DNA from: Balanoglossus misakiensis | Lineage: Eukaryota; Animalia; Hemichordata | Assembly: GCA_040954595.2 (NCBI GenBank) | Contig: CM082595.2 | Span: forward strand, 9,351,918-9,415,917 | Length of the DNA: 64,000 nucleotides | Direction: 5' to 3' | In this document: positions 11,863 to 25,925 of the stretch, one piece after another | How the letters are laid out: each line of letters opens with the position of its first letter | How positions within the stretch are numbered: the stretch's first letter is position 1 | Translations under genes and position numbers: made by a program | Notes under the pieces: generated by a model | Told to the model about the DNA's origin: nothing | What the model saw: only the letters and a program-made list of their open reading frames with translations | Database searches by the model: none

Positions 11863-12713
11863 GTAAGTATCATGTTAAACTATAGAGTTAAAGGTATATG
11901 ATCACCCATGGAAAATTAGCTATATATAGTTACCATGGAAAATTGAAATCTAGCCAATCACAGATTTTCATTTGGTGGCACACGTGGAAAACAGGCGCCA
12001 CCATATGTTCTTTAGAATGCTCAAATACGCCATTCAGCCATATATGGGAATGTGTATTGAAGGTGACTGTATACTTTTAACCAAGATTTGTCATATTATT
12101 GACCTTTATACCGCAATGAATTTGCAGCAACAAAAAGTGGACAAAAAGCTGAATTTCATAATTGGATTTCATAATTTTGCCGTAATTCAATAATGAAATG
12201 TGGAGAAAGTCAGCAGACCAACTTTGCACTGTTATTATTTATTTTGGATTTGTTTCCCTCCTGCTAACAAAAGTGTCCTCTCACCTCATGGCATGAAGAT
12301 GCATTGAATTCTGAGAAAAAGGGGATTAATACTTGAGTGTATTTACAAAGACAAACAAGCTCACTGGTAGCATTTAAAGGGGAAGTCTGGTTCAGCTACA
12401 TAATTGGGTAGCTTTGAGGTCATTCTTTCAGAAAAAAACATTGTGTAGAAATTATGCATAAATCAGCTGGACAGGACTTCCCTTTTAATATTTCCAAGCA
12501 AGGCAATTGGTTTACTGCAACAATTACTTTGAAAACACAGTGTAAAACAACAATCATGATATGAATGTTACTTTAATAGATAGTCATACTTATATAAGCA
12601 TGACTGTCTATGTTGGTCTGTAAGTTGTATTTGAAAGAAAAGTTTCATGTACGAATAGTACAAAGATTGACATTTAGTCCACAAATCCCTGAAATGAGAC
12701 AGCCACGACCTAC

Positions 12714-15700
12714 CATTAACATTAACCAGAGCACACAGTAACCAGGCCGTAGTGGACAGTGTTCTGCCCATTAATTTTGAGTGTTTGGTGGGGTCAACCT
12801 TTGCGTCAACATTAACCAGAGCACACAGTAACCAGGCCATAGTGGACAGTGTGCTGCCCATTAATTTTGAGTGTTTGGTGGTGTCAACCTTTGCGTCAAC
12901 ATTAACCAGAGCACACAGTAACCAGGCCGTAGTGGACAGTGTTCTGCCCATTAATTTTGGGTGTTTGGTGGGGTCAACCTTTGCGTCAACATTAACCAGA
13001 GCACACAGTAACCAGGCCGTAGTGGACAGTGTTCTGCCCATTAATTTTGAGTGTTTGGTGGGGTCAACCTTTGCGTCAACATTAACCAGAGCACACAGTA
13101 ACCAGGCCGTAGTGGACAGTGTTCTGCCCATTAATTTTGAGTGTTTGGTGGGGTCAACCTTTGCGTCAACATTAACTAGGCCAGAGTGGCCAGTATCGTG
13201 CCCATTAATTTTGAGTGTTTGGTGGGGTCAACCTTTGCGTCAACATTAACTAGGCCAGAGTGGCCAGTATCATGCCCATTAATTTTGAGTGTTTGGTGGG
13301 GTCAACCTTTGCGTCAACATTAACTAGGCCAGAGTGGCCAGTATCTTGCCCATTAATTTTGAGTGTTTGGTGGGGTCAACCTTTGCGTCAACATTAACTA
13401 GGCCAGAGTGGCCAGTATCGTGCCCATTAATTTTGAGTGTTTGGTGGGGGTCAACCTTTGCGTCAACATTAACCAGAGCACACAGTAACCAGGCCGTAGT
13501 GGACAGTGTTCTGCCCATTAATTTTGAGTGTTTGGTGGGGTCAACCTTTGCGTCAACATTAACCAGAGCACACAGTAACCAGGCCATAGTGGACAGTGTG
13601 CTGCCCATTAATTTTGAGTGTTTGGTGGGGTCAACCTTTGCGTCAACATTAACCAGAGCACACAGTAACCAGGCCATAGTGGACAGTGTTCTGCCCATTA
13701 ATTTTGAGTGTTTGGTGGGGTCAACCTTTGCGTCAACATTAACCAGAGCACACAGTAACCAGGCCGTAGTGGACAGTGTTCTGCCCATTAATTTTGAGTG
13801 TTTGGTGGGGTCAACCTTTGCGTCAACATTAACCAGAGCACACAGTAACCAGGCCGTAGTGGACAGTGTTCTGCCCATTAATTTTGAGTGTTTGGTGGGG
13901 TCAACCTTTGCGTCAACATTAACCAGAGCACACAGTAACCAGGCCGTAGTGGACAGTGTTCTGCCCATTAATTTTGAGTGTTTGGTGGGGTCAACCTTTG
14001 CGTCAACATTAACCAGAGCACACAGTAACCAGGCCGTAGTGGACAGTGTTCTGCCCATTAATTTTGAGTGTTTGGTGGGGTCAACCTTTGCGTCAACATT
14101 AACCAGAGCACACAGTAACCAGGCCATAGTGGACAGTGTGCTGCCCATTAATTTTGAGTGTTTGGTGGGGTCAACCTTTGCGTCAACATTAACCAGAGCA
14201 CACAGTAACCAGGCCGTAGTGGACAGTGTTCTGCCCATTAATTTTGAGTGTTTGGTGGGGTCAACCTTTGCGTCAACATTAACCAGAGCACACAGTAACC
14301 AGGCCATAGTGGACAGTGTTCTGCCCATTAATTTTGAGTGTTTGGTGGGGTCAACCTTTGCGTCAACATTAACCAGAGCACACAGTAACCAGGCCGTAGT
14401 GGACAGTGTTCTGCCCATTAATTTTGAGTGTTTGGTGGGGTCAACCTTTGCGTCAACATTAACCAGAGCACACAGTAACCAGGCCGTAGTGGACAGTGTT
14501 CTGCCCATTAATTTTGAGTGTTTGGTGGGGTCAACCTTTGCGTCAACATTAACCAGAGCACACAGTAACCAGGCCAGAGTGGCCAGTATCGTGCCCATTA
14601 ATTTTGAGTGTTTGATGGGGGTCAACCTTTGCGTCAACATTAACCAGAGCACACAGTAACCAGGCCGTAGTGGACAGTGTTCTGCCCATTAATTTTGAGT
14701 GTTTGGTGGGGTCAACCTTTGCGTCAACATTAACCAGAGCACACAGTAACCAGGCCATAGTGGACAGTGTTCTGCCCATTAATTTTGAGTGTTTGGTGGG
14801 GTCAACCTTTGCGTCAACATTAACCAGAGCACACAGTAACCAGGCCATAGTGGACAGTGTTCTGCCCATTAATTTTGAGTGTTTGGTGGGGTCAACCTTT
14901 GCGTCAACATTAACCAGAGCACACAGTAACCAGGCCGTAGTGGACAGTGTTCTGCCCATTAATTTTGAGTGTTTGGTGGGGTCAACCTTTGCGTCAACAT
15001 TAACCAGAGCACACAGTAACCAGGCCGTAGTGGACAGTGTTCTGCCCATTAATTTTGAGTGTTTGGTGGGGTCAACCTTTGCGTCAACATTAACCAGAGC
15101 ACACAGTAACCAGGCCATAGTGGACAGTGTTCTGCCCATTAATTTTGAGTGTTTGGTGGGGTCAACCTTTGCGTCAACATTAACCAGAGCACACAGTAAC
15201 CAGGCCGTAGTGGACAGTGTTCTGCCCATTAATTTTGAGTGTTTGGTGGGGTCAACCTTTGCGTCAACATTAACCAGAGCACACAGTAACCAGGCCATAG
15301 TGGACAGTGTGCTGCCCATTAATTTTGAGTGTTTGGTGGGGTCAACCTTTGCGTCAACATTAACCAGAGCACACAGTAACCAGGCCGTAGTGGACAGTGT
15401 TCTGCCCATTAATTTTGAGTGTTTGGTGGGGTCAACCTTTGCGTCAACATTAACCAGAGCACACAGTAACCAGGCCGTAGTGGACAGTGTTCTGCCCATT
15501 AATTTTGAGTGTTTGGTGGGGTCAACCTTTGCGTCAACATTAACCAGAGCACACAGTAACCAGGCCATAGTGGACAGTGTTCTGCCCATTAATTTTGAGT
15601 GTTTGGTGGGGTCAACCTTTGCGTCAACATTAACCAGAGCACACAGTAACCAGGCCGTAGTGGACAGTGTTCTGCCCATTAATTTTGAGTGTTTGGTGGG

Positions 15701-18700
15701 GTCAACCTTTGCTTCAACATTAACCAGAGCACACAGTAACCAGGCCAGAGTGGCCAGTATCGTGCCCATTAATTTTGAGTGTTTGATGGGGGTCAACCTT
15801 TGCGTCAACATTAACCAGAGCACACAGTAACCAGGCCGTAGTGGACAGTGTTCTGCCCATTAATTTTGAGTGTTTGGTGGGGTCAACCTTTGCGTCAACA
15901 TTAACCAGAGCACACAGTAACCAGGCCATAGTGGACAGTGTGCTGCCCATTAATTTTGAGTGTTTGGTGGGGTCAACCTTTGCGTCAACATTAACCAGAG
16001 CACACAGTAACCAGGCCGTAGTGGACAGTGTTCTGCCCATTAATTTTGAGTGTTTGGTGGGGTCAACCTTTGCGTCAACATTAACCAGAGCACACAGTAA
16101 CCAGGTCGAGTGGACAGTGTTCTGCCCATTAATTTTGAGTGTTTGGTGGGGTCAACCTTTGCGTCAACATTAACCAGAGCACACAGTAACCAGGCCGTAG
16201 TGGACAGTGTCCTGCCCATTAATTTTGAGTGTTTGGTGGGGTCAACCTTTGCGTCAACATTAACTAGGCCAGAGTGGCCAGTATCGTGCCCATTAATTTT
16301 GAGTGTTTGGTGGGGTCAACCTTTGCGTCAACATTAACTAGGCCAGAGTGGCCAGTATCGTGCCCATTAATTTTGAGTGTTTGGTGGGGTCAACCTTTGC
16401 GTCAACATTAACTAGGCCAGAGTGGCCAGTATCGTGCCCATTAATTTTGAGTGTTTGGTGGGGTCAACCTTTGCGTCAACATTACCTAGGCCAGAGTGGC
16501 CAGTATCGTGCCCATTAATTTTGAGTGTTTGGTGGGGTCAACCTTTGCGTCAACATTAACTAGGCCAGAGTGGCCAGTATCGTGCCCATTAATTTTGAGT
16601 GTTTGGTGGGGGTCAACCTTTGCGTCAACATTAACCAGAGCACACAGTAACCAGGCCGTAGTGGACAGTGTTCTGCCCATTAATTTTGAGTGTTTGGTGG
16701 GGTCAACCTTTGCGTCAACATTAACCAGAGCACACAGTAACCAGGCCATAGTGGACAGTGTGCTGCCCATTAATTTTGAGTGTTTGGTGGGGTCAACCTT
16801 TGCGTCAACATTAACCAGAGCACACAGTAACCAGGCCATAGTGGACAGTGTTCTGCCCATTAATTTTGAGTGTTTGGTGGGGTCAACCTTTGCGTCAACA
16901 TTAACCAGAGCACACAGTAACCAGACCGTAGTGGACAGTGTTCTGCCCATTAATTTTGAGTGTTTGGTGGGGTCAACCTTTGCGTCAACATTAACCAGAG
17001 CACACAGTAACCAGGCCATAGTGGACAGTGTTCTGCCCATTAATTTTGAGTGTTTGGTGGGGTCAACCTTTGCGTCAACATTAACCAGAGCACACAGTAA
17101 CCAGGCCGTAGTGGACAGTGTTCTGCCCATTAATTTTGAGTGTTTGGTGGGGTCAACCTTTGCGTCAACATTAACCAGAGCACACAGTAACCAGGCCATA
17201 GTGGACAGTGTGCTGCCCATTAATTTTGAGTGTTTGGTGGGGTCAACCTTTGCGTCAACATTAACCAGACCACACAGTAACCAGGCCGTAGTGGACAGTG
17301 TTCTGCCCATTAATTTTGAGTGTTTGGTGGGGTCAACCTTTGCGTCAACATTAACCAGAGCACACAGTAACCAGGCCATAGTGGACAGTGTTCTGCCCAT
17401 TAATTTTGAGTGTTTGGTGGGGTCAACCTTTGCGTCAACATTAACCAGAGCACACAGTAACCAGGCCGTAGTGGACAGTGTTCTGCCCATTAATTTTGAG
17501 TGTTTGGTGGGGTCAACCTTTGCGTCAACATTAACCAGAGCACACAGTAACCAGGCCGTAGTGGACAGTGTTCTGCCCATTAATTTTGAGTGTTTGGTGG
17601 GGTCAACCTTTGCGTCAACATTAACCAGAGCACACAGTAACCAGGCCGTAGTGGACAGTGTTCTGCCCATTAATTTTGAGTGTTTGGTGGGGTCAACCTT
17701 TGCGTCAACATTAACCAGAGCACACAGTAACCAGGCCGTAGTGGACAGTGTTCTGCCCATTAATTTTGAGTGTTTGGTGGGGTCAACCTTTGCGTCAACA
17801 TTAACCAGAGCACACAGTAACCAGGCCATAGTGGACAGTGTTCTGCCCATTAATTTTGAGTGTTTGGTGGGGTCAACCTTTGCGTCAACATTAACCAGAG
17901 CACACAGTAACCAGGCCGTAGTGGACAGTGTTCTGCCCATTAATTTTGAGTGTTTGGTGGGGTCAACCTTTGCGTCAACATTAACCAGAGCACACAGTAA
18001 CCAGGCCATAGTGGACAGTGTGCTGCCCATTAATTTTGAGTGTTTGGTGGGGTCAACCTTTGCGTCAACATTAACCAGACCACACAGTAACCAGGCCGTA
18101 GTGGACAGTGTTCTGCCCATTAATTTTGAGTGTTTGGTGGGGTCAACCTTTGCGTCAACATTAACCAGAGCACACAGTAACCAGGCCATAGTGGACAGTG
18201 TTCTGCCCATTAATTTTGAGTGTTTGGTGGGGTCAACCTTTGCGTCAACATTAACCAGAGCACACAGTAACCAGGCCGTAGTGGACAGTGTTCTGCCCAT
18301 TAATTTTGAGTGTTTGGTGGGGTCAACCTTTGCGTCAACATTAACCAGAGCACACAGTAACCAGGCCGTAGTGGACAGTGTTCTGCCCATTAATTTTGAG
18401 TGTTTGGTGGGGTCAACCTTTGCGTCAACATTAACCAGAGCACACAGTAACCAGGCCGTAGTGGACAGTGTTCTGCCCATTAATTTTGAGTGTTTGGTGG
18501 GGTCAACCTTTGCGTCAACATTAACCAGAGCACACAGTAACCAGGCCGTAGTGGACAGTGTTCTGCCCATTAATTTTGAGTGTTTGGTGGGGTCAACCTT
18601 TGCGTCAACATTAACCAGAGCACACAGTAACCAGGCCGTAGTGGACAGTGTTCTGCCCATTAATTTTGAGTGTTTGGTGGGGTCAACCTTTGCGTCAACA

Positions 18701-21700
18701 TTAACCAGAGCACACAGTAACCAGGCCGTAGTGGACAGTGTTCTGCCCATTAATTTTGAGTGTTTGGTGGGGTCAACCTTTGCGTCAACATTAACCAGAG
18801 CACACAGTAACCAGGCCATAGTGGACAGTGTGCTGCCCATTAATTTTGAGTGTTTGGTGGGGTCAACCTTTCCGTCAACATTAACCAGAGCACAGAGTAA
18901 CCAGGCCATAGTGGACAGTGTTCTGCCCATTAATTTTGAGTGTTTGGTGGGGTCAAACTTTGCGTCAACATTAACTAGGCCAGAGTGGCCAGTATCGTGC
19001 CCATTAATTTTGAGTGTTTGGTGGGGTCAACCTTTGCGTCAACATTAACTAGGCCAAAGTGGCCAGTATCGTGCCCATTAATTTTGAGTGTTTGGTGGGG
19101 TCAACCTTTGCGTCAACATTAACTAGGCCAGAGTGGCCAGTATCGTGCCCATTAATTTTGAGTGTTTGGTGGGGTCAACCTTTGCGTCAACATTAACTAG
19201 GCCAGAGTGGCTAGTATCGTGCCCATTAATTTTGAGTGTTTGGTGGGGGTCAACCTTTGCGTCAACATTAACCAGAGCACACAGTAACCAGGCCGTAGTG
19301 GACAGTGTTCTGCCCATTAATTTTGAGTGTTTGGTGGGGTCAACCTTTGCGTCAACATTAACCAGAGCACACAGTAACCAGGCCATAGTGGACAGTGTGC
19401 TGCCCATTAATTTTGAGTGTTTGGTGGGGTCAACCTTTGCGTCAACATTAACCAGAGCACACAGTAACCAGGCCGTAGTGGACAGTGTTCTGCCCATTAA
19501 TTTTGAGTGTTTGGTGGGGTCAACCTTTGCGTCAACATTAACCAGAGCACACAGTAACCAGGCCGTAGTGGACAGTGTTCTGCCCATTAATTTTGAGTGT
19601 TTGGTGGGGTCAACCTTTGCGTCAACATTAACCAGAGCACACAGTAACCAGGCCATAGTGGACAGTGTTCTGCCCATTAATTTTGAGTGTTTGGTGGGGT
19701 CAACCTTTGCGTCAACATTAACCAGAGCACACAGTAACCAGGCCGTAGTGGACAGTGTTCTGCCCATTAATTTTGAGTGTTTGGTGGGGTCAACCTTTGC
19801 GTCAACATTAACCAGAGCACACAGTAACCAGGCCGTAGTGGACAGTGTTCTGCCCATTAATTTTGAGTGTTTGGTGGGGGTCAACCTTTGCGTCAACATT
19901 AACCAGAGCACACAGTAACCAGGCCATAGTGGACAGTGTTCTGCCCATTAATTTTGAGTGTTTGGTGGGGTCAACCTTTGCGTCAACATTAACCAGAGCA
20001 CACAGTAACCAGGCCGTAGTGGACAGTGTTCTGCCCATTAATTTTGAGTGTTTGGTGGGGTCAACCTTTGCGTCAACATTAACCAGAGCACACAGTAACC
20101 AGGCCGTAGTGGACAGTGTTCTGCCCATTAATTTTGAGTGTTTGGTGGGGTCAACCTTTGCGTCAACATTAACCAGAGCACACAGTAACCAGGCCGTAGT
20201 GGACAGTGTTCTGCCCATTAGTTTTGAGTGTTTGGTGGGGTCAACCTTTGCGTCAACATTAACCAGAGCACACAGTAACCAGGCCGTAGTGGACAGTGTT
20301 CTGCCCATTAATTTTGAGTGTTTGGTGGGGTCAACCTTTGCGTCAACATTAACCAGAGCACACAGTAACCAGGCCATAGTGGACAGTGTTCTGCCCATTA
20401 ATTTTGAGTGTTTGGTGGGGTCAACCTTTGCGTCAACATTAACCAGAGCACACAGTAACCAGGCCGTAGTGGACAGTGTTCTGCCCATTAATTTTGAGTG
20501 TTTGGTGGGGTCAACCTTTGCGTCAACATTAACCAGAGCACACAGTAACCAGGCCATAGTGGACAGTGTGCTGCCCATTAATTTTGAGTGTTTGGTGGGG
20601 TCAACCTTTCCGTCAACATTAACCAGAGCACAGAGTAACCAGGCCATAGTGGACAGTGTTCTGCCCATTAATTTTGAGTGTTTGGTGGGGTCAAACTTTG
20701 CGTCAACATTAACTAGGCCAGAGTGGCCAGTATCGTGCCCATTAATTTTGAGTGTTTGGTGGGGTCAACCTTTGCGTCAACATTAACTAGGCCAAAGTGG
20801 CCAGTATCGTGCCCATTAATTTTGAGTGTTTGGTGGGGTCAACCTTTGCGTCAACATTAACTAGGCCAGAGTGGCCAGTATCGTGCCCATTAATTTTGAG
20901 TGTTTGGTGGGGTCAACCTTTGCGTCAACATTAACTAGGCCAGAGTGGCTAGTATCGTGCCCATTAATTTTGAGTGTTTGGTGGGGGTCAACCTTTGCGT
21001 CAACATTAACCAGAGCACACAGTAACCAGGCCGTAGTGGACAGTGTTCTGCCCATTAATTTTGAGTGTTTGGTGGGGTCAACCTTTGCGTCAACATTAAC
21101 CAGAGCACACAGTAACCAGGCCATAGTGGACAGTGTGCTGCCCATTAATTTTGAGTGTTTGGTGGGGTCAACCTTTGCGTCAACATTAACCAGAGCACAC
21201 AGTAACCAGGCCGTAGTGGACAGTGTTATGCCCATTAATTTTGAGTGTTTGGTGGGGTCAACCTTTGCGTCAACATTAACCAGAGCACACAGTAACCAGG
21301 CCGTAGTGGACAGTGTTCTGCCCATTAATTTTGAGTGTTTGGTGGGGTCAACCTTTGCGTCAACATTAACCAGAGCACACAGTAACCAGGCCATAGTGGA
21401 CAGTGTTCTGCCCATTAATTTTGAGTGTTTGGTGGGGTCAACCTTTGCGTCAACATTAACCAGAGCACACAGTAACCAGGCCGTAGTGGACAGTGTTCTG
21501 CCCATTAATTTTGAGTGTTTGGTGGGGTCAACCTTTGCGTCAACATTAACCAGAGCACACAGTAACCAGGCCATAGTGGACAGTGTGCTGCCCATTAATT
21601 TTGAGTGTTTGGTGGGGTCAACCTTTGCGTCAACATTAACCAGAGCACACAGTAACCAGGCCATAGTGGACAGTGTTCTGCCATTAATTTTGAGTGTTTG

Positions 21701-23220
21701 GTGGGGTCAACCTTTGCGTCAACATTAACCAGAGCACACAGTAACCAGGCCATAGTGGACAGTATGCTGCCCATTGATTTTGAGTGTTTGGTGGCGTCAA
21801 CCTTTGCGTCAACATTAACCAGAGCACACAATAACCAGGCCGTAGTGGACAGTGTTCTGCCCATTAATTTTGAGTGTTTGGTGGGGTCAACCTTTGCGTC
21901 AACATTAACCAGAGCACACAGTAACCAGGCCATAGTGGACAGTGTTCTGCCCATTAATTTTGAGTGTTTGGTGGGGTCAACCTTTGCGTCAACATTAACC
22001 AGAGCACACAGTAACCAGGCCGTAGTGGACAGTGTGCTGCCCATTAATTTTGAGTGTTTGGTGGGGTCAACCTTTGCGTCAACATTAACTAGGCCAGAGT
22101 GGCCAGTATCGTGCCCATTAATTTTGAGTGTTTCGTGGGGGTCAACCTTTGCGTCAACATTAACTAGGCCAGAGTGGCCAGTATCGTGCCCATTAATTTT
22201 GAGTGTTTGGTGGGGGTCAACCTTTGCGTCAACATTAACTAGGCCAGAGTGGCCAGTATCCTGCCCATTAATTTTGAGTGTTTGGTGGGGTCAACCTTTG
22301 CATCAACATTAACCAGAGCACACAGTAACCAGGCCATAGTGGACAGTGTTCTGCCCATTAATTTTGAGTGTTTGGTGGGGTCAACCTTTGCATCAACATT
22401 AACCAGAGCACACAGTAACCAGGCCGTAGTGGACAGTGTGCTGCCCATTAATTTTGAGTGTTTGGTGGGGTCAACCTTTGCGTCAACATTAACTAGGCCA
22501 GAGTGGCCAGTATCGTGGCCATTAATTTTGAGTGTTTGGTGGGGGTCAACCTTTGCGTCAACATTAACTAGGCCAGAGTGGCCAGTATCCTGCCCATTAA
22601 TTTTGAGTGTTTGGTGGGGTCAACCTTTGCATCAACATTAACCAGAGCACACAGTAACCAGGCCATAGTGGACAGTGTGCTGCCCATTAATTTTGAGTGT
22701 TTGGTGGGGTCAACCTTTGCATCAACATTAACCAGAGCACACAGTAACCAGGCCATAGTGGACAGTGTTCTGCCCATTAATTTTGAGTGTTTGGTGGGGT
22801 CAACCTTTGCATCAACATTAACCAGAGCACACAGTAACCAGGCCGTAGTGGACAGTGTGCTGCCCATTAATTTTGAGTGTTTGGTGGGGTCAACCTTTGC
22901 GTCAACATTAACCAGAGCACACAGTAACCAGGCCATAGTGGACAGTATGCTGCCCATTGATTTTGAGTGTTTGGTGGGGTCAACCTTTGCGTCAACATTA
23001 ACTAGGCCAGAGTGGCCAGTATCGTGCCCATTAATTTTGAGTGTTTGGTGGGGGTCAACCTTTGCGTCAACATTAACTAGGCCAGAGTGGCCAGTATGCT
23101 GCCTATTAATTTTGAGTGTTTGGTGGGGTCAACCTTTGCGTCAACATTAAGCAGGCCAGACAGTAACCAGGCCAGAGTGGACAGTATCCTGCCTATTAAT
23201 TTTGAGTGATTTGTGGGTCA
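12714..23220. repeat. Satellite array of 90-bp monomers with interspersed 74-bp variant monomers
   Basis: Unit cattaaccagagcacacagtaaccaggcc(g/a)tagtggacagtgt(t/g)ctgcccattaattttgagtgtttggtggggtcaacctttgcgtcaa; the 74-bp form lacks a 16-nt subrepeat; about 120 units. Confidence 0.98.
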
Positions 23221-24164
23221 ATTTGATCAAATACTGCCTACCGCTGGCGCTGCATATTTGAAGAAATGTGAAAAGATGGCAAGACAGGTTTGGTAAATGT
23301 GGGCCCCCTAACTGAAGCAAAAGCACAAACTTAAAACAAAGATATGAATTTGGAAGAGTTTTATTTATTACATATGAAAAATAATGAAGACTTATGCTTC
23401 AAAGTAAGTATCGACGGAGTCGAACCGCCAATGCTGCAATGGCATTATACCCATAATACTTTTTTGCTTTTTGCATGAATTTCATTATTTTTCATATGCT
23501 GTGCAGCTAAAGTGTGGCTAGATGGCTAACTGCTGATGTAAAATATCTTGCATACCAATTTGGAACAATTACCCCAAGTAGTGGTCAAACAGAAACAATG
23601 CTTGCATTCAATTTAAAACAAGGTGACAAAAGTGGTTGAAATGAAATAATAAGCAAAAACAGTGTTTATCAAACTGAAATAATGTGGTCGAAATGAAACA
23701 ATGAGCAAAAACAGTGTTTATCAAACTGAAATAATGTGCCAAAATAGCTCCTGTTGATATTGCACAAAATTAACTGTTGCATTCTACCCTTGAGTTAATT
23801 TTTATTTCCAGGCAATTATGTGCTTAATACTAAATATTATCTATGGGTACAAACCATCAGTTTCTTAAGTGCAAATCGCAAGAAGCTCCCCCATACAATT
23901 TTAGTGTTTTTTTAAATCAAGCAAGATAATTACATACTGTGTGATAAACTAACTAACTTTACGCGCCTGGGGACAGTTAAAAACCTCGAGCCAAATATAA
24001 AATGAGGAAAAACTGCCCCCTCCCCCGTTGTGAATTTTAAAAGGTTGGGGCTCAAACTAACCAGAATTGTCTTGCCGACTCCTATTTTTCTGTGTACATT
24101 TTGATGTATTGTTGTTACGCGAGATTGAGGATTCGTGTTGATGCGGGAATTACGATGACGAAAG

Positions 24165-24365
24165 CAAAAAATCCATCGGCGAATCAAACGGGCACACGGC
24201 GAAATTCCATTACACGACGATCCAACTGCGATGAAGAACGCGAACGCGGGTAACGTTGTAAAAAATCCATCGGCGAATCAAACGGGCACACGGCGAAATT
24301 CCATTACATGACGAGCGACCTGCAATGAAGAACGCGAACGCGGGTAACGCTGCAAAAAATCCGCA
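24165..24365. repeat. 94-bp CpG-rich tandem repeat (about 2 copies)
   Basis: aaaaatcc recurs with atcc at 24171, 24265 and 24359. Confidence 0.9.
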
Positions 24366-24784
24366 GACAATTATTACACGAATGCATAGCAACAATTATT
24401 TTACCCAACCTGACACTAATAAATTACCCAATGATTTTAAATTTCTTATTATTACACCCCAACTAATCATTATACCTTTGTAATATTAACACCGTTTATA
24501 CACATCCCATAATGTTTATACCATCAAGTTAATACCATTTTATTATTATTATACCACCAAAACCATGTGTTACCCATTTTTTTTATTATTACACCATTGA
24601 TGTTAACACCTTTATATATTATACCGGTATTTACCCTCTGTACATGTACAGTTTTTATTTACCACGTGGCATTACTCATGTTTTTATAGTATTTTAATTA
24701 CTTATCATACCCTTGAAACCATAATATTATACCCTTGCAGACAGTTTTATTATAGTACCCTTGTGCACAATGTCTTATTAGTCA

Positions 24785-24960
24785 TCATACACCAACCCTT
24801 CACCATTTCATTAGATTATACCATTTTTATTAGCCTAACCTGTTTATACACCAACCCTTCACCATTCCGTTAGATTATACCATTTTTTATTACCCTAACA
24901 TATTCATACACCAACCCTTTACCATTCCCTCAGATTAAACCATTTTTATTAGCCTAACCT
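24785..24960. repeat. 60-bp tandem repeat (3 copies)
   Basis: acaccaaccctt.accatt...agatta.accatttttatt at 60-bp spacing. Confidence 0.85.
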
Positions 24961-25145
24961 ATTGACAGCATCCCTCTGGTTTTGATATTGTTATCTGGTG
25001 CGGCGTTGTTGTAGATATTGATTAGACTCCCTCCGGCGATGATAATACCAATGAACCTATTGAAAAAAAAGAATGAATATTATTAATTAGATCAGATCAA
25101 CAAATTATGGCGTCGTTCATCCCTCTGGTCACAGGAGCATCATCT

Positions 25146-25925
25146 GGCGTCGTTACAGGTTTAAGTTCATCCCTCCAGTACAGTATAAGGTGGCGGCGTC
25201 GTTACAAGTATTAAGTTCATCTCTCCAGTACAGTATTAGGTGGCGGCGTCGTTACAAGTATTAACTTCATCTCTCCAGTACAGTATTAGGTGGCGGCGTC
25301 GTTACAAGTATTAACTTCATCTCTCCAGTACAGTATTAGGTGGCGGCGTCGTTACAAGTTTAAGTTCATCCCTCCAGTACAGTATTAGGTGGCGGCGTCG
25401 TTACAAGTATTAACTTCATCTCTCCAGTACAGTATTAGGTGGCGGCGTCGTTACAAGTATTAACTTCATCTCTCCAGTACAGTATTAGGTGGCGGCGTCG
25501 TTACAAGTATTAACTTCATCTCTCCAGTACAGTATTAGGTGGCGGCGTCGTTACAAGTATTAACTTCATCTCTCCAGTACAGTATTAGGTGGCGGCGTCG
25601 TTACAAGTATTAACTTCATCTCTCCAGTACAGTATTAGGTGGCGGCGTCGTTACAAGTATTAAGTTCATCTCTCCAGTACAGTATTAGGTGGCGGCGTCG
25701 TTACAAGTATTAACTTCATCTCTCCAGTACAGTATTAGGTGGCGGCGTCGTTACAAGTATTAACTTCATCTCTCCAGTACAGTATTAGGTGGCGGCGTCG
25801 TTACAAGTATTAAGTTCATACCTCCAGTACAGTATTAGGTGGCGACGTCGTTACAAGTTTAAGTTCATACCTCCAGTACAGTATTAGGTGGCGACGTCGT
25901 TACAAATATTACACTCCCTCCAGCA
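25146..25925. repeat. 50-bp minisatellite (about 15 copies)
   Basis: Unit agtattaggtggcggcgtcgttacaagtattaacttcatctctccagtac. Confidence 0.97.

Noticed and set aside
12568-23150. Very long repetitive ORFs on both strands (up to 850 aa)
   Set aside because: They follow from a 90-bp unit without stops; frames are broken by 74-bp units and single-base indels, and there are no splice or start signals
25146-25925. 50-bp array as a CRISPR or coding repeat
   Set aside because: No unique spacers and the length is not a multiple of 3
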